64,000 nucleotides of DNA, taken from the IMG/VR virus record IMGVR_UViG_3300033072_000473, positions 23,212-87,211 of that record; one strand, written 5' to 3'. Source of the DNA: a virus (taxonomy: Duplodnaviria > Caudoviricetes). The notes under the pieces are model-generated. The model saw only the letters and a program-made list of their open reading frames with translations. It did no database searches and had not been told where the DNA came from. The position numbers and the translations under genes are program-made. Position 1 is the stretch's first letter, and each line of letters begins with the position of its first letter. Shown here piece after piece: positions 29,691-36,133 of this stretch.

Positions 29691-29732
29691 TTACTTTTTC
29701 TTTTTTCCGCCTTTTTTAGGTTTACAAGCCAT
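29691..29732 (-). CDS. 13-aa basic micropeptide MACKPKKGGKKKK
   Basis: Strong SD (TAAGGAG) 6 nt upstream of ATG; fills the gap between tRNAs. Confidence 0.55.
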   Translation of the reverse strand: MACKPKKGGKKKK

Positions 29733-29791
29733 AATTTTCTCCTTATTGGTCTCCATGACCATAATTAAACCTACCTTAATAAGTTTAATTA

Positions 29792-29866
29792 TGGAGCGTC
29801 CACTCGGAATCGAACCGAGATCCTCAGCTTGGAAGGCTGTGATAATAACCATTATACGATGAACGC
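29792..29866 (-). tRNA. tRNA-Gly(UCC)
   Basis: CAGC-CTTCCAA-GCTG; CCA. Confidence 0.93.
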
Positions 29867-29867
29867 T

Positions 29868-29946
29868 TGGCTCCGCATCAGGGAATCGAACCCTGCTAGC
29901 CATTGATTAACAGTCAAGCCCATGCACCTTGCTCGGGTTCTGCGGA
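29868..29946 (-). tRNA. tRNA-Asn(GUU)
   Basis: TTGA-CTGTTAA-TCAA; CCA. Confidence 0.9.
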
Positions 29947-29952
29947 ATTGAT

Positions 29953-30332
29953 TTACACTAATACTTTGCAGCGTTTAATACAGTTTTCAATTCTAGACCA
30001 TTGAACTTTTGTTAGGGCTGGATCAGAGCTTACAAATCTTTGTAAGTCATCTAGCGTGTCCTGTATTAGCTGAATTGCTTGAGTTTGAGGAATTTCTTGA
30101 AATTTCTTTTTAGCATGTTCCCAAGCTTCCTGCTCTAGCTCTTCTGCCCACGCTTTTTGTCCTGATCCCATTGTAGTTCTCTAAATTTAGAAATAAACGA
30201 ATGATATGCTACGTAGGGTGTAGTATGCACTAAAAACCATGCATAAAGTACTTGCTGTACTCTATGTTTAAGTGTTAGTGGATAAACGGTACGTAGAAAC
30301 TCTTTTTTGCTTTGAAACATAGTATTCTCCAT
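29953..30332 (-). other. Two small hypothetical CDSs (29953..30171; 30135..~30320)
   Basis: ORF track; SD GGAGA precedes ATG 30320. Confidence 0.55.
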
Positions 30333-30416
30333 CAGGATACTGTGCCTACCATTAGGCTTATCTCGCTAAGACGAAACAATGGAATCGAACCATTAAAAAT
30401 TTTGCTGAAAGTATCC
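30333..30416 (-). ncRNA. CAGCAA-motif RNA, copy B (YrlA-like permuted tRNA mimic)
   Basis: GGAUAC/GUAUCC stem + UUUCAGCAA, then T-arm, loop-closed acceptor-like stem, D-arm. Confidence 0.75.
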
Positions 30417-30422
30417 AAAAAT

Positions 30423-30540
30423 TGGCCCCGAAACTAGGATTCGAACCTAGAACCTCTCCATTACAAGTGGAAGTTAAAGATGCGGTAAATATTCTTACAG
30501 AATACTATTTTTAGCGCTCTACCGATTGAGCTATTTCGGG
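30423..30540 (-). tRNA. tRNA-Thr(UGU)-like gene with 42-nt insertion (30471..30512) at the 5' side of the anticodon stem
   Basis: Perfect acceptor, D and T arms and CCA; removing 42 nt restores CTCCA-CTTGTAA-TGGAG. Confidence 0.8.
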
Positions 30541-30547
30541 ATTAAAC

Positions 30548-30625
30548 TGGTCTCAGTGGTAGGATTCGAACCTACGGTTTCCTGCTCCCAAAGCAGGCGA
30601 CTTAACCAAACTAGCCTACACTGAG
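30548..30625 (-). tRNA. tRNA-Pro(UGG)
   Basis: CCTGC-TTTGGGA-GCAGG; CCA. Confidence 0.93.
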
Positions 30626-30631
30626 TAATTC

Positions 30632-30706
30632 TGGAGTGAGTGGTAGGATTCAAACCTACATTGAGAAGATTTGCAGTCAACTGCCTAGTCTTTCGGCCAC
30701 ACCCAC
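30632..30706 (-). tRNA. tRNA-Cys(GCA), two U-U mismatches in anticodon stem
   Basis: Loop CT-GCA-AA; U73 discriminator; CCA. Confidence 0.8.
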
Positions 30707-30713
30707 AGTAACT

Positions 30714-30789
30714 TGGTCGTGAGAACAGGATTTGAACCTATAACCAACAGCGTATGAAGCTGCAGCTCTACCACTTGAGCTATCTCACG
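30714..30789 (-). tRNA. tRNA with CAU anticodon (Met elongator or Ile2)
   Basis: CAGC-TTCATAC-GCTG; paired 1-72; CCA. Confidence 0.85.
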
Positions 30790-30791
30790 TT

Positions 30792-30868
30792 TGGTACTCC
30801 CTCGCAGACTTGAACTGCGGACCTATCGCTTATCAAGCGATTGCTCTAACCAACTGAGCTAAGGAAGC
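30792..30868 (-). tRNA. tRNA-Ile(GAU)
   Basis: TCGC-TTGATAA-GCGA; CCA. Confidence 0.93.
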
Positions 30869-30875
30869 ATTAAAT

Positions 30876-30950
30876 TGGTGCTTAGTGTAGGGATCGAACC
30901 TACGGCCTCCGCCTTGTAAGGGCATTGCTCTACCGCTGAGCTAACCAAGC
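30876..30950 (-). tRNA. tRNA-Val(UAC)
   Basis: GCC-CTTACAA-GGC; CCA. Confidence 0.92.
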
Positions 30951-31277
30951 TTAAAAGTTTGCTTCTGTATAGAATTCACTCTGAGACGGGTCTTTATAGT
31001 ACTTCCAGCACTCATGTTGTTCTGTAAACTCTTCTACAGAGCAAATAGAGTAGAAAATACCTTCTTCTGTAAGACCATCCTCTTCTAGTTCATCCATATA
31101 TAATTCGTAGAAGTACTCATTGGCTGAATCTTCTACTAGTTCTTCTGCCTGAGCTATGGAGTTGGCTTTTACTATAAAATGTTGTCCATACCCAGCATAT
31201 TGAGCAGAGTCTGCGTAAATAATATATAGCATATGTACCTCTTTTGATTGATAAAGAACCTTCATAGTATCTAGCAA
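30951..31277 (-). CDS. Acidic hypothetical protein
   Basis: ORF track; stop codon abuts tRNA-Val. Confidence 0.6.
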   Translation of the reverse strand: MLDTMKVLYQSKEVHMLYIIYADSAQYAGYGQHFIVKANSIAQAEELVEDSANEYFYELYMDELEEDGLTEEGIFYSICSVEEFTEQHECWKYYKDPSQSEFYTEANF

Positions 31278-31346
31278 CTTTGAGGAGGATTGGCTAGCAA
31301 ATCAGTAAACTGACAGAAGGCTCTTTATCAATCATTGAAATAATAT

Positions 31347-31375
31347 TATATCAATGATTGAATAGGAAAACAAGT
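31347..31375 (-). promoter_or_regulatory. Sigma70 promoter; -10 flanked by inverted repeat TCAATCATTGA/TCAATGATTGA
   Basis: TTGTTT-17-TATAAT. Confidence 0.75.
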
Positions 31376-31390
31376 TTAAATTTCTTTTCT

Positions 31391-31419
31391 CCAAAAGAAA
31401 AGAGGGCAAATTGCCCTCT
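31391..31419 (-). terminator. Terminator after the DUF2828-type gene
   Basis: AGAGGGCA-ATT-TGCCCTCT followed by U tract. Confidence 0.8.
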
Positions 31420-31422
31420 ATC

Positions 31423-32838
31423 CTACAAACTATAACGATCGCTCATTACAGCTTTCAGCATAATTGCTTCAGGAGTAAATTCTTCTAAATCGCCACTAAG
31501 GACTGCCTTCATAATAGAAGGCGAGAATCCCGAAATAAGTGCCACGCCTTGTTGATTAAACTTAGCAGGAACATTATCATTGGCGTTTAGATTCCAAAAT
31601 ACAACTTTAGGCACTTGATAGCCAGCACGCTGATATTTGCTGGCAATCATTTGCATAGCATTATGGTCGTACTCAGCGCAATGATCGAACTGCATATCCG
31701 AAAGGATAAGCAAAATTTCAGGCATTTCGCTTTGTGGTACTTGATTTTTCACTGCTACACCCAGCACTTTATCAAAGGCCACATGTAGGTTAGTATTCAT
31801 ATTCCACAGAGATTTAACCATTTGTTGTGCACGCTGAACTACATCACCTTTGAGGCTAAGTAGTTCAGGAGTACCAGAGAAAGTAAGGAACAAATCCTTG
31901 AACTTACCCTGGTTCTTTTCACTAAGGTATAAGCCTAGTGAAACTGCAACATCCATGCAGGTAGTTGAACCTTTACTACCGGCTGCACAACTCATAGAGC
32001 CTGAAACATCTACCATCGGTAGAATACTTGCAGAACCTACGTAGTTTGGCAGCGCTTTCCACTGAGCTACAATCAAATCCTTTTGAGTTTGGTTATACTC
32101 AGCAGTATAATAAAGGTTAGCAACTCCCTTTAGCACGTCATAAGGGTAAACTGCACCAGCATTAACTTTTACAGTTTTATCGCCCTCTTTAAGTTTAGCT
32201 ACATATTCTGCGTACTTGGGAGTATTACGGAAAAATGCAGTCTTATAACGTGCATGTGCTAGACTAGGAACATGGGAGAAATTAATCTCTTCCCACTGCT
32301 TAGAGCACATTTGTTGTTCTACAACTTTAGTCAAATTGACTAGAGTTTTACGATAGAACTTTGGTGACCAACCAAGATACTGACGGAATTGTTCCGCCAC
32401 ACGGCCTTTACGTGGAGTCCACTTAGCCGCCAGACCGTTGCCTTCGGCAAGAGCTTGGCGCACTAGTTCGAACCCTACGTCTTGCATCTTAGGGGTTTGA
32501 AACGCAAACAAATCATCAAAGCGACCAAGGTCGGGAACCTTTTTAGCTAGACGAATTGCAGACTCCATATCATTCTTTTCCAGATATTGCAAAATATCAC
32601 GGAAAATCTGGCGTTCACCTACCCCTTGACGAATATCACGAACCCATTGTGCAATGCGTAGCGCAATATCCTTGTTCTCTACTAGAGCTGCGACAAAATC
32701 AGGAATAATATCCTTACCACGAGATGCACCAATCTTAAAGAAAAGATCAGTACAAGCATTTTCAGTTGCCTTAAATGCTTTCATCCCATTCTGGGTACGA
32801 ACTTCTTGATTTTGTACAGCTTGAGCAAAAGTAGTCAT
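31423..32838 (-). CDS. DUF2828-type protein: helical N-domain plus C-terminal vWA (Ro60/TROVE-like architecture)
   Basis: DLFFKIGASRG, WVRDIRQGVGER, AAKWTPR; MIDAS DVSGSM...TFS...TNL...LSDMQFD; VVFWNL. Confidence 0.8.
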   Translation of the reverse strand: MTTFAQAVQNQEVRTQNGMKAFKATENACTDLFFKIGASRGKDIIPDFVAALVENKDIALRIAQWVRDIRQGVGERQIFRDILQYLEKNDMESAIRLAKKVPDLGRFDDLFAFQTPKMQDVGFELVRQALAEGNGLAAKWTPRKGRVAEQFRQYLGWSPKFYRKTLVNLTKVVEQQMCSKQWEEINFSHVPSLAHARYKTAFFRNTPKYAEYVAKLKEGDKTVKVNAGAVYPYDVLKGVANLYYTAEYNQTQKDLIVAQWKALPNYVGSASILPMVDVSGSMSCAAGSKGSTTCMDVAVSLGLYLSEKNQGKFKDLFLTFSGTPELLSLKGDVVQRAQQMVKSLWNMNTNLHVAFDKVLGVAVKNQVPQSEMPEILLILSDMQFDHCAEYDHNAMQMIASKYQRAGYQVPKVVFWNLNANDNVPAKFNQQGVALISGFSPSIMKAVLSGDLEEFTPEAIMLKAVMSDRYSL

Positions 32839-32852
32839 TTTTTAAATATCTC

Positions 32853-32916
32853 CAGGTTAAGTTTTTGGTTTCTTGATAATTTGTAAGAAATTTCTGTTTA
32901 TTGCTGTAGTTAACCT
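32853..32916 (-). ncRNA. CAGCAA-motif RNA, copy D (abuts the SD of the DUF2828 gene)
   Basis: AGGUUAA/UUAACCU stem + CUACAGCAA. Confidence 0.7.
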
Positions 32917-32924
32917 AAAATCAA

Positions 32925-33053
32925 CGGGATGCTTTGTAACTGTTTATTAAACGAAAACCGTTACCCAAACGTTCGTCGACACCGATATCTATAAATAGAT
33001 ATCTGAAAGCCTCGACCATCTCCATAAGTGTATATGGTTGCTGAAGTCATCCC
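32925..33053 (-). ncRNA. CAGCAA-motif RNA, copy E
   Basis: GGGAUG/CAUCCC stem + CUUCAGCAA; internal hairpins GAUAUCUAU-UU-AUAGAUAUC and GUAAC...GUUAC. Confidence 0.7.
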
Positions 33054-33058
33054 AAAAC

Positions 33059-33132
33059 TGGTTGCGAGGCCCGGATTCGAACCGGGAATTTTGGCTTATG
33101 AGACCAAACGGATGCCTTTTCCACACCTCGCG
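33059..33132 (-). tRNA. tRNA-fMet(CAU), initiator-like
   Basis: C1:A72 mismatch; loop CTCATAA; CCA. Confidence 0.85.
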
Positions 33133-33614
33133 TCAAATTTTATATCGCTCTAGCAAATCTTTAGCGATTGCTAATAGCTGTTTGCGTCGTTCTAAAGAAG
33201 TTATAAGCAGCTTTTTAGCATTATCAGTGTAATGTTCAAGCTGTTCTTCACACTCAGAGATAGTACTCATTGAATCTTCGACTGCATTTTCAATGATTTG
33301 AATTAGCTCTGGTGTTACTGGAATGCTTTTCATTTGTAATCTCACTTAAAGATATATTATACAACTTTAAGTAAAAGGTTTCAAACTCAAATTTTTCAAA
33401 CTATATCCCAAACATCTGTGCGGTATAGTTTGGGAAATTCTTGTTTATGTTGCTCAGCAAAGTCTAGAATTTCTATTAGAATTTGAAATTCAAAACCTTG
33501 CCTGTTGGGTCTAGAAGTGGTTATTAACCCTTCTAAGTATTCTTTACACTCTTTTGTACCCCATAGTATACGTAAGTTTTTTACTATATGAGGATGCCTA
33601 GTTGCTAAACCCAT
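33133..33614 (-). other. Two small hypothetical CDSs (33133..33345, 33396..33614)
   Basis: ORF track; promoter TTGAAA-17-TATAAT at 33356..33384 lies between them. Confidence 0.55.
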
Positions 33615-33639
33615 AGTAAAATCTCCTCAAATTTTAGTA

Positions 33640-33715
33640 TGGCGCCCTGTAGGGGTTTCGATCCCCTTGCCTCTGCAGTGACAGTGCAGTGCTCTCCCGA
33701 TTGAGCTAACAGGGC
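33640..33715 (-). tRNA. tRNA-Asp(GUC)
   Basis: CTGCA-CTGTCAC-TGCAG; CCA. Confidence 0.93.
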
Positions 33716-34290
33716 TATGGATTAGCTAGAAAGAAAGCTTTTGCAAACCCTAGCGGAGTCATTGACCTTAATTCTTTTGTGCGTTCAGATTTACCACCCA
33801 ATTTCATAATCCACGAATTAGGATTAGGTTTAACAGGAGTTTTTACAAGTTCTTTATTGAAGTTACCCCATAATCCTGTCTTTTTTGTGTACGGATCACC
33901 AAAATCGCAAGGATTAAAGTGCCAAGGTTTTCCTAGTTGTGGACGTAGCTTTTGTAGTCTACCAACAGGGTTCTCTAGTGCCCACCAGCAAGGCTGGCAT
34001 ACTTCAATTATTTCTAGTACTTTGTCAATTAGTTTTAAACTAGCATCTGTACGCCCGTCTAAATCTTTTTGTTTCCAGTATTGTGCACCACTTCCAGCAA
34101 AATCAGTACATGGAGGGGCTGCTAAAATTCCGTGAATCTTTCCCAGTGGAATAATATCATTATACACGTCTAGTTCAAGAATATCAAATCCATTTTTTAT
34201 ATCTAGAGAGTATACCTCATAGCCAGCTTCACGATAGTACTTTGGCCAGTTACCACTATAGTCGAAAAACGAAAGGATTATTTTATTCAT
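33715..34290 (-). CDS. Compact C5-cytosine DNA methyltransferase-like protein
   Basis: AAPPCTDF catalytic motif, WALENPVG; likely start ATG 34290 (the track start lies inside tRNA-Thr). Confidence 0.8.
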   Translation of the reverse strand: MNKIILSFFDYSGNWPKYYREAGYEVYSLDIKNGFDILELDVYNDIIPLGKIHGILAAPPCTDFAGSGAQYWKQKDLDGRTDASLKLIDKVLEIIEVCQPCWWALENPVGRLQKLRPQLGKPWHFNPCDFGDPYTKKTGLWGNFNKELVKTPVKPNPNSWIMKLGGKSERTKELRSMTPLGFAKAFFLANP

Positions 34291-34297
34291 ATGTTTT

Positions 34298-34372
34298 TGG
34301 TGCTCCCACTGTGAGTCGAACACAGATTCGCGGGTTACAAAGCCGCAGTAATAGCCATTATACTATAGGAGC
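34298..34372 (-). tRNA. tRNA-Thr(UGU), uninterrupted
   Basis: Loop TT-TGT-AA; G1-C72, C2-G71; CCA. Confidence 0.88.
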
Positions 34373-34376
34373 TTAT

Positions 34377-34452
34377 TGGTGCTACCTCTTGGAATCGAAC
34401 CAAGTTCAAAGGTTCTTCAAACCTCCGCTATGACCACATCAGCTAAAGTAGC
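34377..34452 (-). tRNA. tRNA-Phe(GAA)
   Basis: AGGT-TTGAAGA-ACCT; CCA. Confidence 0.92.
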
Positions 34453-34597
34453 ATTAATCTTCAACTACTTCACAGTAATTTCTAGGTTCTTGCTGTACTC
34501 GGGCCAGAATGGCCCCGATTCTTTGCTTCCAGTAGTCTGAAACGCCTGAATCTCCAGCAAGAAGTTTTAGTAATTCAAATATTTCTTTGTCCATAAT

Positions 34598-34673
34598 TGG
34601 GGTGATATGTGAGAGTCGAACTCATTCGCAAAAGGTTCACAGCCTTCGCCTGCTCCACGCAGCCTCATACCAC
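34598..34673 (-). tRNA. tRNA-His(GUG)
   Basis: AAGG-CTGTGAA-CCTT; G-1:C73; CCA. Confidence 0.9.
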
Positions 34674-34680
34674 GAATAAA

Positions 34681-34837
34681 TATACTAGTCAATAGGTGCA
34701 TCAAGTTTCTAGTGTCCAGTTACTAGTCTTATATCCGTCACGATTACCCTAAAGTTCCCGGATTCAGAGTAGCCTATTGCTTAATATAGCTATTTTCTGT
34801 AATTCATACTATATTAAATTAGGACTTCACCAGTATA
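34681..34837 (-). ncRNA. Structured ncRNA candidate (~157 nt) with Y-RNA-like terminal helix
   Basis: UAUACUGGU/ACUAGUAUA closing stem; nested AAUAUAG/CUAUAUU, CAAUAGG/CCUAUUG, AUCCG/CGGAU, CUAGU/ACUAG; no ORF. Confidence 0.6.
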
Positions 34838-34845
34838 TTTATTCG

Positions 34846-34921
34846 TGGCACCCTCGGTAGGATTCGAACCTACAGTCATGACTTCGTAGGCCATTGGTTT
34901 ATTCCATTAACCGACAAGGGT
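34846..34921 (-). tRNA. tRNA-Arg(ACG)
   Basis: ATGGC-CTACGAA-GTCAT; CCA. Confidence 0.92.
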
Positions 34922-34929
34922 ACTGTATT

Positions 34930-35005
34930 TGGTACGAGTAGCGGGGTTCGAACCCACGACCTTAGGATTAAAAGTCCTCTGCTCTACCAACTGAGCTATA
35001 CTCGC
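34930..35005 (-). tRNA. tRNA-Lys(UUU)
   Basis: AGGA-CTTTTAA-TCCT; CCA. Confidence 0.93.
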
Positions 35006-35009
35006 ATTA

Positions 35010-35084
35010 TGGTGGACAGTGGGGGATTCGAACCCCCGACTCCTGCGTGCAAGGCAAGTGTGTTCCCAATTATACCAACCGCCC
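35010..35084 (-). tRNA. tRNA-Ala(UGC)
   Basis: G3:U70; loop CT-TGC-AC; CCA. Confidence 0.93.
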
Positions 35085-35169
35085 AGTTTATGAATTCTTT
35101 TAATTAAACTCAGAAATAGTATTTTATAAGTTTAATTAAAGTAATTCAAGTTTATTTTTCTGTTACTAG

Positions 35170-35450
35170 GAAAATAAACAAACCCTAAGCAGTATTTAGG
35201 CTGCTAAAGCAAAGGTATTATCGTTTGCGTTTACTTTATTTGCTTTTTACGTCTACTCCTGACGTGTTGCCCTATCAACTATCTCACGCTGTCGAAACCA
35301 GGTCAGGCCCATCAAAAGCATACTAGGGAATCGAACCCCATTTCTAGAATAGTTCCAAACGACCAGAGCGACTGGCAGTATGCTTTTGGTGGACCTGGGC
35401 GGAATCGAACCGCCGTCCAACGCGCCTTTATATCAAAGGTTATACAACAA
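35170..35450 (-). ncRNA. ssrA: Circularly permuted (two-piece) tmRNA, tag ANDNTFALAA
   Basis: Acceptor piece (...GGCGGTTCGATTCCGCCCAGGTCCACCA, ends 35387) precedes coding piece (GGGCCTGACCTGGTTTCGAC, starts 35310); tag ORF 35228..35196; outer ends approximate. Confidence 0.92.
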
Positions 35451-35696
35451 TTACTTACAAGTAGCAAGCCACTTTCTGATTTCTTCTACAGTCTTAACAC
35501 CGCTAATAGAATGTTTACTAGGGAGATGTAGTAGTGTTGGTACTCCGCGGATCATATATTCATCTACAAGATCTGGGTGTACATCAATATCTACTACTTC
35601 TACATCAATACCTAAATCTGCACTTTCCAAGTTTTTGGCAAGTGCCTTACATGGTTGACACCAACTAGCAGTAAATCTGAGAACTTTTTCTTGCAT
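35451..35696 (-). CDS. Thioredoxin-like protein
   Basis: FTASWCQPCK, IRGVPT; SD GGAGA before ATG 35696. Confidence 0.9.
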   Translation of the reverse strand: MQEKVLRFTASWCQPCKALAKNLESADLGIDVEVVDIDVHPDLVDEYMIRGVPTLLHLPSKHSISGVKTVEEIRKWLATCK

Positions 35697-35811
35697 ATTA
35701 TCTCCGTTCTTAGGGCTAGAACCGCGATGCAACCGACAGTGCCTAGGTATCTTCTATTTAATCGCTCGAACGTTTAAGACTTGTTCAGTCTGCGAACCCT
35801 GTTCTTTAATT

Positions 35812-36132
35812 TGGTACCCGTGGCCGGAATCGAACCGGCATGCTTGCGCGAGGGATTTTAAGCGGTTATGTCCTAAAGTTTCCTAAAGGCCCGGACTATC
35901 TCTTTACCTTCAACACTACTTGTTAAGGTAGTGGGCGTTCTTGCTGGTTATTAAGAGGGCTAAACCTCTCCAGTAGTCTCTACACCTTCCAATACTGTAG
36001 TATTGGCTTGGCTCGCGATTGCCATTTTACAGACTCTCCCGAATTAACCCACAGTTTATCTAACTATTTCTAATTAGAGGGGACTATCAGTTTCTGCTGA
36101 TCCCTTGTGTCTTCCTATTTCACCACACGGGC
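35812..36132 (-). tRNA. tRNA-Leu(UAA) interrupted by a group I intron
   Basis: Exon 1 GCCCGTG...AGGGA(T); exon 2 CTTAAAATCCCT...ACCA. Confidence 0.88.
35863..36099 (-). mobile_element. Group I intron (~237 nt, no ORF)
   Basis: P7 elements GAGACUAC / GAUAGUCC, P1 GGGAU/GUCCC with U-G pair, P9 GAAA hairpin, terminal AUAACCG. Confidence 0.88.
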
Positions 36133-36133
36133 A

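Noticed and set aside
29733-29903. 5' part of ORF 29691..29903
   Set aside because: Reads through tRNA-Gly and tRNA-Asn; only the last 13 codons have an SD
34485-34500. GUACAGCAA resembling the CAGCAA motif
   Set aside because: Lies in a small coding frame (RVQQE) with no flanking helix
35311-35386. Possible amber-suppressor tRNA (TTCTAGA) in the tmRNA intervening segment
   Set aside because: No 7-nt anticodon loop within a 5-bp stem and no CCA
35712-35805. Pistol ribozyme (UUAAAUAG and AGCCCUAAG words)
   Set aside because: The required P1 loop pseudoknot with CCCUAA is absent in the right order
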